A DNA stretch of 64,000 nt, taken from positions 15,128,001-15,192,000 of the forward strand of contig JBHGNT010000012.1 of the NCBI GenBank assembly GCA_043228905.1, read 5' to 3'. A program made the translations under genes and the position numbers. Source of the stretch: Azolla caroliniana (Eukaryota > Plantae > Polypodiophyta). The number at the start of each line of letters is the position of its first letter. The first letter of the stretch is position 1. This document shows positions 45,411-60,426 of this stretch, one piece after another. The notes below the pieces were generated by a model, which was not told the origin of the DNA, made no database searches, and worked only from the letters and a program-made list of their open reading frames with translations.

Positions 45411-48292
45411 CGTGTGCATGCACAACATTGTTAGACTATATTTTGGAAACAAACATTGTTAGGATAGACATGTTCGGGGGCGTTATGCCTCAATGCAGGG
45501 GACGTTTAATTAAGGGATTGTTAACAACGCTCATGAATTATATATATTGTAAAGACCGAGTCAGCATGGTAGTTGGCCTAGGTGTCATGGAGGAGCCATG
45601 GGATTGATGAGCCTCCCTTGATGCCAACTAGTTCTTAAATCACAACACACCTTTGGATATTGGTGTCCAAGTCTTCCCAAGTGGTGTCACATACCTATTA
45701 GCATACCTATCAACAAGGTATGATGGTAAGCACGGGAATCTTCCAAAATTGCAAAAGGAATAGCTATCCATCACGTCATCAACCATAGGTGTCTTCATAT
45801 CAAGGCCCATCCAAAAGCGAACTTCTAGATGTCACCTTGTTGCAGTGTTCTATTAGCCTCAAGTTTGTGGGTTTGGATGTAGTGGTAAAGTTTGTGCTTT
45901 TCGGATTAAGGTTGTGCGCCCAGCCTTCAAGCAATGAGTTTTTTGTTGAACAATTATTATAAAAATTCATAATTATTCTGAGATAATGCACTCCAACAAT
46001 TTGTACATATAAATAGTGTTAACACATTAAGTTTTCATTTTTCCACAATTTGAATGAGATCAAATGACACAATTTCTCTTTAACATGCAAGTGATTATGA
46101 AAGTAAAGTGAGGTCTAAATGATATGTTTGTGGCCAAGAGAAAATATATAATCTTCTCTTGTTAGAGATTTAACTAGTAGGGCCTCATTAGTTTGTCATC
46201 ATGCCTAACACCATTCAGAGTCTTGAATACTATTATTGGAACATAACAAAAGCTATCCTCATTATCACTATTGCCACTTTCAATTGAAACTTAGGATAAT
46301 AAAACAAGCTTTCAGACTTCTTGAGGCCAAGGTATATTGTATAACATACTTGGCTACATATGGTGGGGATTTAGGGGTTTCTAACTTGAAGATATTGTGG
46401 TCTGCATGTATGCACACCACAATATCATCAATAGATTTTCAGGACATGCATACTTGGGTCAAACAAAGATGAGTGAAACTACCAAAAATGGATTATGTTA
46501 GACCTTTCATTAGAACCCTTGGCTTTTTTATGCACTAGAATTGTGGATTCTAGTTTAGAGTGTATCCAAAGTTGGTTCAACATTATGATATGCACTTTCA
46601 CATATTGTCTCCTTGTTTCACATATTGTGTGCACTTGTTTTACCTTCAATCTCATATTTTCTAGATCCAATCATCCACCATCTCATTCTTGTAAGAGTCA
46701 AAAGTGTATGTGAATTCACACTAAGTATCTCTAAAAAATCAATGGTAATTAGTATGTAATTGCCTATTTTCTCAATAATTACATGATTGCACTGTTAAGG
46801 CCTATTATTTACGTGTTCTTTGGCTCTATGAAATTGTAAATGTAGTTTGTCTCCTGTTGAATTCTACGTTCTTACAACCAAAAGTAGTTATGTCAAATGA
46901 TATCGTTTGTGGGTGATGCTAATGTAACCTTGAAACATCTTATTTGTTTACCCTTTTTTATGCTTATTGACAAGTTTTACAACTCATTGGGCCTATTTTT
47001 ACTATCAACTATGCTTATAGGATAGTTTCACTATAACATAGTTATTGATTTAAGGGGGCACGGCAAGAAGTATGTTAAGATAGTGATAAAACTTTGCATT
47101 TGTGATGTCGAAGATTTCCCTATGGCTTCAACTAAACTCATAAAAATTGGCTAAGTTGTAGAAAAGAAAAGTCCATTTGTTTTGTTCAAAATACTAAAAG
47201 TTGGCACTTGGTTTCCCCGCATAGTTATACTCGGTATTTCAGTGGCAGTTATATTGAGGTCAAGTTTATTTTATAAGTTGCACGGCTTCAAATGAGATAG
47301 AAAGCAATTCGACAACAAAATAGTGTTTGGGAAGTAGATGTTCATGTCTCTTCTATAAACAAGGCTCAATACTAATTCTTGTGCTCCAAACTCTACTAGC
47401 TCCATTATATGAACTGAAGTTGAAACCATAAATCTTTTATATTTAGCTTCTCAATCAAATGTTATTTTAGTGCTTGAAATATTTTCTACTATTAGAGTTT
47501 CAAATTCATTGCATTATTTATCATGAGAGAATCAAGGGTTCAAGGCCCACTTAGCCATTAGATTATGTTTGTGTACTCATTCAAGGATAATAAAGAATAA
47601 TGCTTACTGATTGTTTCCAATTTTCCGGTTACCTTCTCTGTTCATCTTATCCAAAACTTCATGAATGCAACAAAATAACAATTCAAAGAAATGTGCAACT
47701 CGACAAGCAAATAAAATGAACTTGTTGGCTTTCCCAAACTTATAGGAAAGATGCAAACACGACTCAAATTATATGAAGGATATAACAATATCTAAGCATT
47801 AATGTCTCTTATTTTGCTCTCTTTTCATCATTAAATTAAAGGTTAAGGGAAATTTATAAGGTTTCGTAAGAACCCCTACGATTTTCCAAAGAGCTCAAAA
47901 TATCCCCTCCCTCTCTTTATTGGGGACATACCCTGATAATAATCCCTACATAAATTTTTACCATGTGCACCAAGATTCCACGTCTCAATCTTTCGTTTTA
48001 TGTAAAAGTAAGGTATATATTTAAGCAGCATGACAATATAAAACCCGCTTGCTATCCAACTAAATAGTGGGGATCTCGTGGTAATGTAAATCCTTTGTGC
48101 AAGAAGATGAGTTGACATAAAAGCAACTCCTACAATGACAAGGTGTTCACAAAAACTTAACTTGTGAAAACTATTAAATCAATTGTCCTTTAAGCTTGCA
48201 TATATGTTGTGATACTTCACGGAGGCCATCAAACAAGAAACCATTGATCATACTCCAATTGTACATAGGTGTTATATGTATAACCTTATCAA

Positions 48293-48631
48293 CCAAGTGT
48301 TATAGTTTGTCCCAAATCCTATGATAGTCACTTTCCATATCGGCCTACCCTTTAGCTATACAATTGGTTTGTATGGTTATGCCTATAACATACTCCCTTG
48401 TTTCTAAACCATTGTACACTTGCAATGATAAATGAAAGTCTAATGTATTCTGAGATTTTGATTTGTCATTGCAAGAGTGTAATGATTTAGAAATGGGGAA
48501 TATGTTATAGGTATAATCTTACAAACCAATTGTATTGCTAATTTTAATGAGTTAAGGCCCAAGGGTAGGATCTTTGGGAAACTGTTTATCCTAAGATTTG
48601 GGACAAATCAATGTGAATCTATGACACATGG
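48293..48631. mobile_element. Fold-back/MITE-like long inverted repeat
   Basis: Arms ~48308-48441 and ~48453-48605 are diverged reverse complements with a ~10-nt loop. Confidence 0.7.
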
Positions 48632-49589
48632 GAACACTAGTTTGGGAGCCTTAGATGTTGAGTAAATGTAAGAGGGACTAGGCACCCCCTTTCTGGCATC
48701 TTGAGATGATCTCGAGACTCTTTTGGTGAGGCTAATCTCCCTTCTTCAAACCTGTTATTCAACATGCAATGTATAACATATGGTATATTCAGCGGTATAG
48801 AACACTGATGGTATTTTATGATCATCTCATGTCCTTCACTCAAGATGGTTGGTGTGGTTAAACACCTTTAATCTATTATTCTCTTTAATCTCTTAAATTC
48901 TTTCTTATCATTAGCATGATCCATAATAATAGACGCCAAGACCTAAGGTAGTAAAACAATAAATATATTATGGGGAGGGTAAATTTGTAGCATCTTGAGC
49001 AAAAACCCACTAAAATGATGAAATATTCTTCTTGGTTAATGATGCCCAAAGTTGTGAATAGCAACCCAAGTCATGATTTTATCAATTGGGCATATAAGGA
49101 ATTTATTCTTGACATCCTCATCAATCAAAATATAGAAAATAAATCTCTATCTCTCCCCATAGCTAGAGCATGTCCCTTTGTCTACCATCTACATTATAGT
49201 TACCACGCAACCCTTTATCCATCAACCATGCCATCGATCTCGTATCTAGCTTCCCATCATTGTCAATAGGGGGGCTTATCCTTGCAAACGTTTCTCTCAA
49301 TGTGCACTTTAATGGAGACAATATTTCCCATTGGGAATATGAACTCCAAGTGGGGATGAATCTCTTTGCTATCTCTTAATTAGCTTACCCTATGGATAAG
49401 TTGTTAAATTACTAATCCTAGGCCTCATGTTCAAGGCTCCGATTTTTAATATCATACATATTTTTCTAAATTAAAGAGATGTCATTGTGAAATGTAAGGG
49501 TTGAACTCATGACCTGCTACTAATATCCAATTGTTTAAGATTATTCCTAATGTAAGCATGAAATAAAGAAATAAATGATACATGGATTG

Positions 49590-52500
49590 AAAAAAGAGAG
49601 AGAAAGAAGGGTGTTGATCCACCTGACCACACCTGAGCGAAGGGATCGAGATAGACCCTAGCCTTAATCGGTGTCCCATACCCCCCATGACATCAAGTCG
49701 TATCTTGTACTGGCGCGCTTGCTACAAGACTCTGTTTACCACAAGATCACAATCTCAACATAGTCAAATGATGTATAATGAGGGTGGTTAGGCCTCATAT
49801 TTATGGCCAGATCTAAGGCCCCCAAGCAAGTTCACACTTGGCCCTTATGGATTATCTCAATTCCTAGAATTAAAAATAATCCTCCCTTCTTCACATTCTC
49901 CATTAACCCTCACACTTTATCCTCATGTGTAGAATACTACGGTACAACTTACCATGGATAAATTATGGTCATGCCCGTAACATACTTCTCTTTTTTAAAA
50001 CATCGCACTCTTGCAATGAAAAGTTAGGGAAGTTAGTTTTAATGGTTTTTTCTCATTTCCCATGAAGCATCTTTTATAGACATCTATCCATTTAATTTTT
50101 AAGTCTTTTATTGTTTAAGAACGCAAATGTTTTGTTTTAACATCGAGAATTATCTCTATTACATGTGGTTTACAAGCTAAATCTTTATAAATAACCAGAG
50201 TTTCTATTGTAATTGTATTATTGCCAGAACCAATAAATTCTTTTAGATAGCTTAAATGAAAAATTGGATGGATTTTGACACCATCAAGAAAAGCGAGATG
50301 ATATATGCTAATGAACCAACCGTTTGAGGGCTATGAAAGGTCTACAAAACTATGGGGCTAACTTAGCACGTGTACCCTCAGACAATGTCTTAGAATTGAG
50401 AGGTACACGTAGAAATAACTTTTGTCGAGGGTTGAATACACAAGGTTGCCTATAATGGTCAATCGCATAAAAACGCGCTCTACCTTGAGCTATTTTTATA
50501 TTGCAATATGCAACATATCTTGAATATCCCCTTGAAAGTTTTGTGTACTTTGCAACTCATCATGAAGTATATTATGTAAGGACACATCTTAGGCCAATAG
50601 AATTAAGTGGAGATGAGAACAAGTGTGCGATGTATTCCAGGAAGACCTACTAAGGATGCATGGTGACATTAAAAAAGAATTCTCTTTTTTACCTCAGGAA
50701 AATATGCAACACAAACCTTCCCTTTACGGTAGAGTAGATTGTTAGCAATGTGGAAGGATTCCTTCGAGGGTGTCATGATGTTTGTTCCAACCTCAACACT
50801 TGCCTAGTATTTTCCAAAATAATTGTCATTAGGATACTTTCCTCAAAGATCATGATCATGAAGATATGATGTTACCTCAGTGAAGCTAAGCATGTTAACT
50901 TCACAGATGTGATTGACTGCATAATTGGTTGTGTTTATGGCACCATTACGATATCGCATGGAAAACAATCTTGGATGACATTTGTCCATCGTGCCTTACG
51001 ACCCTTAAGGACTCATGGTTTGTAGTTACCACAAAACGATTTCCATAAAGATAATCGCGTCATGACTTCATCGCATGGATAACTGTGAATAATTTCTTTT
51101 CTCGAACCATGGTATATTGACATTGAGTAGACTCAAGCTTCGTACTCTCAAATGTTACTAGTTTACCATCTTGATATAAAACAACACCTATAGCATAATC
51201 ATTTGCATCAGTTTCAACCTGAAAAAGTTTTCAAGGATCTGGTAAAAGAAGCGAAGGAGCCTTGCACACCTAGTCCTTGAGTTCTTTAATGGTGAGGTCG
51301 AATGTAGCATTCTAAACCTTTAACCTTTAAGAAGATTAATAAACGGCCTAGTCATTTGGGAGTAATTGCGAAGAGAATTCTACAAAAAACTAACAAAACC
51401 AAGGAATAATCGAACTTCTCGAATATTCCAAAGAGTGGGCCAAAGTTTGACTTTCTCAATGTGAGAATGATCAATTTCAACTACTCGTTCGGCTATGAGA
51501 AGTCCGAGATATGTAATGGATTTCTTGAAGAACTCACATTTCAAGATCTTCGTGTAAAATTGTTTGTCGCACAATGTTTGTAAAACAAAGCAGACATGCT
51601 TACAATGTTCTTCTAATGTACAAATATAAACTAGAATATCAACCAAGAAAATAATGATAAATTTACCAAGTTGGGCTCGAAAAATGTCATTCATTTTTTG
51701 TTATGGTCAAACAAAGACGCAAGACAAAAAACTCATAATGGCTACAACATGTACAAAATGTCGTTTTAGGAACATCCTCCTCATTTATATGAATTTGATA
51801 GTAGCCCATATGGAGATCAAGTTTTGAAAAATATTGATCTCCTTGGAGACGGTCATTACCTAGGGCAATGTATATAAATTATTGATCATCACTCTATTCA
51901 AATGTCGATAGTTAATACACATATGCCAAGAGAACATGTGCACCCCATGGAGATTTGCTATAAATTATATAAGCCATTCGTAAATATTCCTTGCTCGTTT
52001 CTTAGATATCTCATTCTCTTCATATCAAGACTTAATCAATACAAAGGTCTAAGACTTATTGGTGCAACCCTAGGTAAAAGAGTTATATATACAATGGGCT
52101 ATATACAATGGCATACCATAAGGAGCAACCTAATTATCAAGCCAACACTAGCCCTCTTTTTCGTAGTAGGCCCAACTGGCCCATGATCACATGGTTACTT
52201 CATTACGAATGCCTTCCATAATAATGGTCTCATGGTGACCTTGTAATCATGTAACGAGTGCAGAATGTTGGATGCGGGTTTCAAGGGCGATCTTGCACGA
52301 AGTGGGTCAAGCCCTTACGCCCACCACATCATTATGGCCATGCTTGTTTAATTGATATGTATAGTAAAATCAAGTTGACCAAGGAGAATAACAAAAAAAT
52401 TTGTTTAAAAAGTATGGTGACTATACCTTCCCCACAAAAAATGTGAAGATGGTCACCATGATCCTTACCCCGAAAGGTCAATATTCCACACACCAATATC

Positions 52501-52790
52501 ATGTAACAAATTCCTAATAGATACATTATATGTATACGAAACATATATGATCACATACATATACATGCGATCACATATGCATATATAAAAGAATCGTTAT
52601 CAAAACATAAACCAATTGACAATGTAATCAAGATACATAATCGAGGCATGTAGCCTCTACGCACACGCAACCTCCAAAAAATAAGAGTGAAAGTAATATG
52701 TGATTGAGGTATAGACCTCTTGCGCATACAACACACATTGTATATCAAATACATAGCAATTGAGGTATTTACCTCATATGCATACATAAT
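49590..52790 (-). mobile_element. Old deleted Gypsy-2-family copy (leader, RT, RH, INT pieces, 3' LTR ~49590-49950)
   Basis: 49690-49930 is a reverse-complement homologue of 6011-6250, and 52150-52790 of the 6.7-7.4 kb leader. RT ORF 51380-51694. Confidence 0.75.
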
Positions 52791-53085
52791 TGTTGAGAAT
52801 CACACTCAACCTAGTCTAGTGTGTGAACACACCCTTGAGAGTGTGCACTCAAAGGTCAAAAGTCACCACTCTTATCTACAAATTAACTATGTGTCATAGA
52901 ATCATATTCTATGACACATAACTAATGAGCTTTCACATTCCCCATGACCCATGAGCTTCGGTAGTTAATGAAGAGAGAGAGTGACTATATAAAACACTCT
53001 CCTCCTACTTTGTAATTAGGTCGATTAATCTCCTTTGTAATATACATCTTCTTGAGTATTCTATTGTCTCTCTAATCTATCTTGT

Positions 53086-53156
<71 letters not shown>

Positions 53157-55481
53157 CACACACTCACAACACATATCTCTAGTCTATTCCGCTGCACAAG
53201 AATACCATCGATTCTTTACATGGTATCAAAGCGGTTTGATAGCTCAAGCTAGCCCATCCACGTGTGTTGTGCTTCATGCCGACGTTCAAGAAGAACCGGC
53301 TCATCGCTATCGACGTGTAGCTGCATAGCTCATATTCAAGAGAGAAGAAGAAGAAGAAAATCTACATCGAACACCATGAATACTCAAATGGGGAGCGCTC
53401 TCCCTAGCAAGAAGTTGGATCGAAACAACTTCGCATCTTGGGAGTACAAGATGCACCAATACCTTGTCGGCCAAGGCTATTAGGGTTACATCAAGGGAGC
53501 ACAAGAAAACCAACCCGGCTCGGAAGACGCCTACTACTCAACATGAGAGCAAGTGGCGAGTCGAGTAATGTATTGTTGGGCAACATGTGTTCATGATCAC
53601 ATGCTCGGCTACATTCGAGAAGCCACAACGCCAAAGGAAGCATGGGAGAATCTACGAAAGATTTCGCCACCAACACGACCGCGAGGAAGCTTCAACTCCG
53701 CCAAGAGTTGAACAACATCCAACAATGGGACATGTCCATCACAAGCTACACCTTGAGGATCAAGGAGCTTTGTGACTCGTTGGCTCAATAAGCGTCAATG
53801 TGGATGATAATGAGATGGTGCAAATATGCCTCGGCGGCCTTGCACCACGGTTCGGCTCGATGAGAACCGACGTCCTAGTAAGGGAGAATCATCCCTCTTT
53901 CTTTGATCTTCAATCCATGTTGTTGGTTGAAGAAAACCATGTTTGAACAAGGAGCAACACCTCGGAAGGCCATATGCTCTACAGACATTCGAATGGAGGA
54001 AGAGGACGCAGCCGAGCAAGAGGCCGATTCGGCCAAGGACGAGGCAGACGAGGTTCAACTTACGAAAACAACTCCCAATTTTGGCAACAAAACGGAAGCC
54101 ATTGAGGAACCTTCGGAAGAAGGGGGAGCTTCTATTCCGGTCCGAGCCAACAAACCTCGATCGAATGCGGTTATTGCGGAAAAATCGGCCACCAAGAAGA
54201 AGAGTGCCGAAAGAAGAAGCGTGAGTCGGCTTCCACAAGCCGACAACTCACCAATTACGCCACCAACTCCAACAATGAAGATCATGGTAGAATGTTTGTA
54301 ATGAGACATAGAGAAAATTCTATGTCGGCCTCTACTTCTACTAATGCCTCCAATCCGGAAGATGTATGGTTCGTCGACTCCGGTGCTTCGAACCATATGA
54401 CGTCCCATCAAGAATGGTTCAAAGACCTTCGAGAGCCGGATCAACCCAGTTATGTCGAGACCGGAGATGACACCACTCATCCGATTCGGCATGTCGGCAA
54501 TGTCCCATTCGGGAAAGAAGGTGAACAAACTTGCATAAAAAATGTGTTACATGTACCCACCATAATGAAGAATTTGGTCTCGGTTGGCCAAATTGTGGAG
54601 CAAGGGATGCAAGTTTGATTCAACCAAGGAGGTTGCTTCATCAAGAAGGAAGGCCGACTAATTGCTCATGGTCGAAGGGAAGGCCAAATGTTTATCCTCA
54701 AAGTGAACGAAGTAAAATCGGCCATGTTTGCAAAGGGCCTCAAACCTGACACCGACATAGAGATATGGCATAAAAGAATCAGCCATATCAATCTCAACAA
54801 ACTCAAGGCAATGCAATCAAAAGGAGTCGTCATCGGGCTCCCAACTTTCAAAGAGAAAGAGATTGAAGGAGTATGTGAAGCATGCCAATTCAGCAAGCAA
54901 CATCAGCACCCGTTCTTGAAGGAGAGGAATGTGAGCAAAGGCCTATTGGACGTATTCCACTCGGATGTGTGGGGACCGACACAAAAGGCTACCTTCGGAG
55001 GATGTCAGTACTATGTTACCTTCATCGACAACTTCTCTAGATACACATGGATCTTTACCATGAGGATGAAGAGCAAAGTGTTTACACACTTCCAAAAATT
55101 CAAAAGCGAAGCCGAAAAGACAATTGGCCACCATGTACAATGTCTTTGGTCGGATGGAGGAAAGGAATACTTCTCCGATGCGTTCACGGCATACCTTTGA
55201 CAAGAAGGAATTCAACGAGAATTCACTTGCCGACACACACCGCAATAGAACAGTGTAGCTGAACGCAAGAATCGGCACATCCTCGAAGTAGCAAGGGCCA
55301 TGCTAAATGAGACGCATATGCCCAAGTCATATTGGGCAAAAGCTGCAAATATCGCCGTCTACCTCATGAACCGGTGCACAACATCCGGAGTGCACGAGGT
55401 CACCCCACACGAGAAATACTATGGGAAGAAGCCAGATCTATCCCATGTAAGGATATTCGGCTCCATTTCATATGTGCACAT
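52791..55481 (+). mobile_element. Copia-C: 5' half of a degenerate Copia-D-related element
   Basis: LTR 52791-53220 (TGTTG...TTACA), PBS TGGTATCAAAGC 53221-53232, gag KLDRNNFASWEYKMHQYL, WFVDSGAS, INT interrupted at 55481. Confidence 0.85.
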
Positions 55482-57667
55482 TGTCAAGAATATGCAGAAT
55501 AATCTTCGGCCACAACCGAGACTTAGATCACTTAATGATAATCAAACACAGTAAAAAATGGAGAAATGGAAGTAAGTACACAAACAAAAGAGAATGCACA
55601 GGATGTTAATGTGGAAAACCCTAAACGGGAAAAACCATGGGAGCCCATAGACTCCAAACTATCACAATATGAGGAGAATACAATGAAGAACACAGAGGCA
55701 ACGACCTCGTCCTCACACTCTTCGCCTAGCGGCGGTTACGACAAAGACTTACTCTGTTTCTCTCTCTCTCACTCGCTCTCTATTACGCTCTGTACAACAA
55801 TTACACTCAATAACACTATACAACAAAAAAAATAATGACAACTCTAATCAAGAGTTTGCCCTAGGTCATATTTATACTAACATGACTTTCGGGCTATTTA
55901 CAAATATAGCCCCAGTGGGCTCTTTGGAACATATTTACATATATGTCCCTTCATCCGAGGAGAGGTTCTCACCGGGCCTGCAACATCCGGTTCTCATCGG
56001 GTCTTCCTTGTCAGGTACTCATCATCCGGTTCTCACCGGGCCTTCATCATCCGGTTCTTACCGGACCTACATTATCTGGTTTTCGCTGGACCTACATCAA
56101 CCAGATTCAGTGGTACCTCCTCTGGATGTGCTTCGTCCTGGAATGATACGTTGCGTTCTTCGCAAGGTGGATGGCACTTTGACTGTCGCAATAGAGCTAG
56201 TATTCCTCTTATCGGATCCCTAGCTCTTTGATGAAGTCCTTCATCCATAGTATTTCCTTGTCGGCTTCCACAACCGCCATGTACTCCACCTCCGTGGTTG
56301 ACAACACAACCGTCTTCTACAGCCTCAACTTCCACGAAACCGCTCCCCCAGCATATGTCATAACATATCCCGATTTTGACCGGCTAGTATCCACATCAAC
56401 CGACATATCTGAATCGGTGAAACCATCAAGTTGGGGTTTACCAGAGCCGAATTGGAGACACATACTTGAGGTGCCTTTCAAGTATCAGAGTATCCATTTT
56501 ACCGCATTAGAGTGCTCCTTGTCGGGATTGCTCATAAACCGGGTCACCACTCCGACTGCATATCTGATATCCAGTCGGGTACACACCATTGAGTACATTA
56601 AGCTTCCGACGACAGAGGCATATGGTATCTTCATCATATCCGCCTTCTCTGCCTTCGTCTTTGGGCTTTGCTTACCGGATAACCTGCAGTTTGTCGGGAG
56701 TGTCGATCTGCATCTGACATGTTGAACCGTTGAAGTACCTTTGTCACGTACTTCTATGACAGCCACAATTGCTTCTTTGACCGGTCCCAGATGATATGCA
56801 TCCCTAGTATCTGTCTTGTCGAACCCAAGTCTTTCATTGAGAAGGTCTGGTTCAGAGCCTTCTTCAGCGTCCTTATCTTGACTTGGTCTCGTCCGACGAT
56901 CAACATGTCGTCCATGTACAGGAGGAGTATCAGGAACTCTCCACCTTCAAACTTCTTCACAAACACGCAATGATCGGCCTACGTCTTGTGGTATCCTTGA
57001 TCCGTCATGAAGGAGTCGAACTTTTGGTACCATTGTCGGGGAGCCTGTTTCAAACCGTCGAGGCTCTTCTTTAACCGGCAAACCAGGTGCTCCTTCCCTT
57101 TCTTCACAAATCCCTCTGATTGCTGCATGTAGATCTCCTCTTTGAGGTCTCCATGGAGGAACGTCGTCTTCACATCTAATTTCTCTACCTCGAAGTCCAT
57201 GCTCGCCGCTATGCTCAGCACTGTCCGGATGGAAGTCATCTTTACTACCGGGGCAAATATCTCGTCGAAGTCGGCGCCCTTCTTCTGCTAGAACCCCTTT
57301 ACCACGATCCTGGCTTTGTATCTCGGGGGGTTGCCGGCATCTCCCGGTTTCAACTTGTACACCCACTTATTCCGGAGTGCTCACTTTCCTTTCAGCAACT
57401 CCACCAGTTCATACAGGTGGTTCTCATGCAGGGAATCCATCTCGTCCTACATGGCACTCAACCACTTGCCGTTGTGGGTGTCCTCCTTTGCTTCTTCGAA
57501 GGTTTCCAGATCCCCCTCATCGGTTAGCAACACACGCTCTTCATCCGGAAATCTCTGAGGGGGCCTTCTCTCTCTAAGAGGATATCTGCGTCCTTGGCTT
57601 TCAGCAATCGGCTCCTCTGTTTGTTCTTCATCCGAATCCGATTTGGGGTCTTGGCCGGTTCCGGTTT

Positions 57668-57698
<31 letters not shown>

Positions 57699-58926
57699 TT
57701 CTTCTTCTTCTTCTTCTGCCAGCTCGGTATCCTCGCCGTGACCGGCCAGTTCTTCGAGTGTCAACCGGCTCTCAGCCAGGTAGGTCTGAATCTCATCAAA
57801 CTGATCCTTACCGGTCAACTCAGAGTTCATTATCTTCTTCTCCGACTCCTAGTCGGCAAGGGTCTTGTCCTCCATGAAGAAAATATCTCGACTCCGGAAC
57901 ACCTTCTTGTCGACCGAATCCCACACTCGGTAGCCGAACTCATCATCGCCGTATCCGAGGAATATGCAAGGCTAGGACTTTGGATCCAACTTTGCTCTCT
58001 GGTCCTTTGCCACATGCACATAAGAGAGACACTTGAAGACCTTCAGGTGCCGGTAAGACACTTCCTTACCAGTCCATACTCTCTGTGGCATGTCTCCATC
58101 CAAGGGCACTGTGGGTGACCTGTTTATCACATATGTCGGTGTCGCTAGTGCCTCAACCCAAAACGTCTTGGGTAACTTTGCATGTGCCAGCATACTCCAG
58201 ACCCTCTCCATTATGGTCTGGTTCATCCTCTCGGCCAGCCCGTTTAGTTCTGGCATCTTCGGCACTGTAAATTCGAGCCGGATTCCCCTCGAGCGGCAAT
58301 ACTCCTCAAACTGCCCCTGGTATTCACCTTCGTTGTCTGCTCGAACATCCTTCAGCTTCCGGCCAGTTTCTCTTTCCATTCTTGCGTGGAGCTCCTTGAA
58401 GACGGATAACACCTGATCCTTCGTCTTCAGCGGTGTGGCCCATAGCTTCTGGTTGTGGTCATCTATGAACGTCACGAAGTATTGCGTTCCGGCATGTGAC
58501 TTCATGTCTACTTGACACACGTCGATATGCACCAACTCCACTGGTGCATTACGTCTCATCGGTGGCCTTGATCGAAAGGAGGTCCAGTTTTGCTTACCGG
58601 CTAGGCAGTCGGTGCACCTCTCAAGATGCACGTCCTTTACCGGAATAAGGTTGTCATCGGCAAGCCTCCTCATCCCCTCTCACTCATGTGACACAGTCTC
58701 TTGTGCCACAGCTCACCAGCAGTGTCGGATGCCACGTTCACGTCTTCCGGGCATAATCGGGAATTCATCAGATACAGAATGTTGACTTTCCGGGCCCGAG
58801 CCACTATCAGGCTCCCTTTGTTGAACTTCATGACACTGTTCCGGATGTTACACGTGTAGCCTTCATCATCTAGCCGACCGGCTGATATCAGGTTCAGTCG
58901 AACCTCCGAAACGTGTCGAACATCCT
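55482..58926 (-). mobile_element. Copia-B: Copia-A-related 3' half (partial 3' LTR 55482-~56100, RH, RT, INT)
   Basis: LTR similar to Copia-A LTR. RH end, PPT and LTR start deleted at ~56105. ORFs 57972-58673 and 56979-57239. Confidence 0.85.
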
Positions 58927-60426
58927 TCCGACCAAGGCCACCGATGAGACGTAATGCACCACTGGAGTTGGTGCATACAGATGTGTGTCAAGTAGACACG
59001 AAGTCACATGCCGGAGCGCAGTACTTCGTGACGTTCATAGATAACCACAGCCGGAAGCTGTGGGCCACACCGTTGAAGACGAAGGATCAGTTGTTATCCG
59101 TCTTCAAAGAGCTCCACGCGAGAGTGGAAAGAGAAACCGGCCGGAAGCTAAAGGCGGTTCGAGCTGATAACGGAGGAGAATACCAAGGGCAGTTCGAGGA
59201 GTACTGCCGCTCGAAGGGAATCCGGCTCAAATTTACCGTGCCGAAGACGCCGAAACTAAACGGACTGGCCGAGAGGATGAACCGGACCATAATGGAGAGG
59301 GTCCGGAGTATGCTAGTGCATTCAAAACTACCCAAGAAGTTTTGGGCTGAGGCATTGTCGACGGCGACATATGTGATAAATAGATCACCCTCAGTACCCT
59401 TGGACGGAGACACGCCACAGAGAATATGGACCGGTAAGGAAGTATCCTACCGGCATCTAAAGGTGTTCGGGTGTCTCGCGTACGTGCATGTAGCTAAGGA
59501 CCAGAGAGGAAAGCTAGATCCAAAGACCCGGCCATGCATATTCCTCGGTTACGGTGACGATGAGTTCGGCTACCGAGTGTGGAACCTGGTCGACAAGAAG
59601 GTATTCCGGAGTCGAGATATTATCTTCATGGAGGACAAGACGCTTGCCGACTAGGAGTCGGATAAGAAGATAATGAACTCCGAGTTGACCGGTAAGGATT
59701 GATTCTACGATGAGCAGACCCAACCGGCAAGAGACCGGTTAGCACTCGAGGAACCGGCCGGTTACGGTGAGGATACCGAACCGATAGAAGAAGAAGTAGA
59801 GGAAGCTGAAACCGGAACCGGCCAAGACCCCGAATCAGATTTGGATGAAGAGCAAATAGAGGAGCCGGATACCGAAGCCCAGAGACGGAGATATCCTCTC
59901 AGAGAGAGAAGGGGCCCCCGGAGATTTCCGGATGCAGAGCATGTGCTATTAACCGATGAGGGGGAGCCAGAAAGCTTCGAAGAAGTGAAGGATGACACCC
60001 ACAGCCGAAAATGGTTAAGTGCCATGCAGGATGAGATGGATTCCCTACATGAGAACCATACATACGAATTGGTGGAGTTGCCGAAAGGAAAGCGGGCACT
60101 CCGAAATAAGTGGGTGTACAAGTTGAAACCGGGAGATGTCGGCAACACCCCGAGATACAAAGCCAAGATCGTGGTGAAGGGGTTCCAGCAAAAGAAGGGC
60201 GTGGACTTCGACGAGATATTTGCCCCGGTAGTAAAGATGACCTCCATCCGGACGGTGTTGAGTATAGCGGCAAGCATGGACCTCGAGGTAGAGCAGCTAG
60301 ACGTGAAGACGGCATTCCTTCACGGTGACCTCGAAGAGGAGATCTACATGCAGCAACCGGAAGGATTCGTGGAGAAAGGGAAGGAGCACTTGGTTTGCCG
60401 GTTGAAGAAGAGCCTCTACGGGTTGA
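58927..60426 (+). mobile_element. Copia-B': second Copia-A-related INT-RT fragment in opposite orientation
   Basis: ORFs 58944-59654 (INT) and 59841-60426 (RT N-terminus), interrupted at 60427. Confidence 0.9.

Noticed and set aside
44942-45607. 221-aa ORF divergent from PRK
   Set aside because: Non-ATG start, microsatellite-derived low complexity, no recognisable domain; hairpin explanation preferred.
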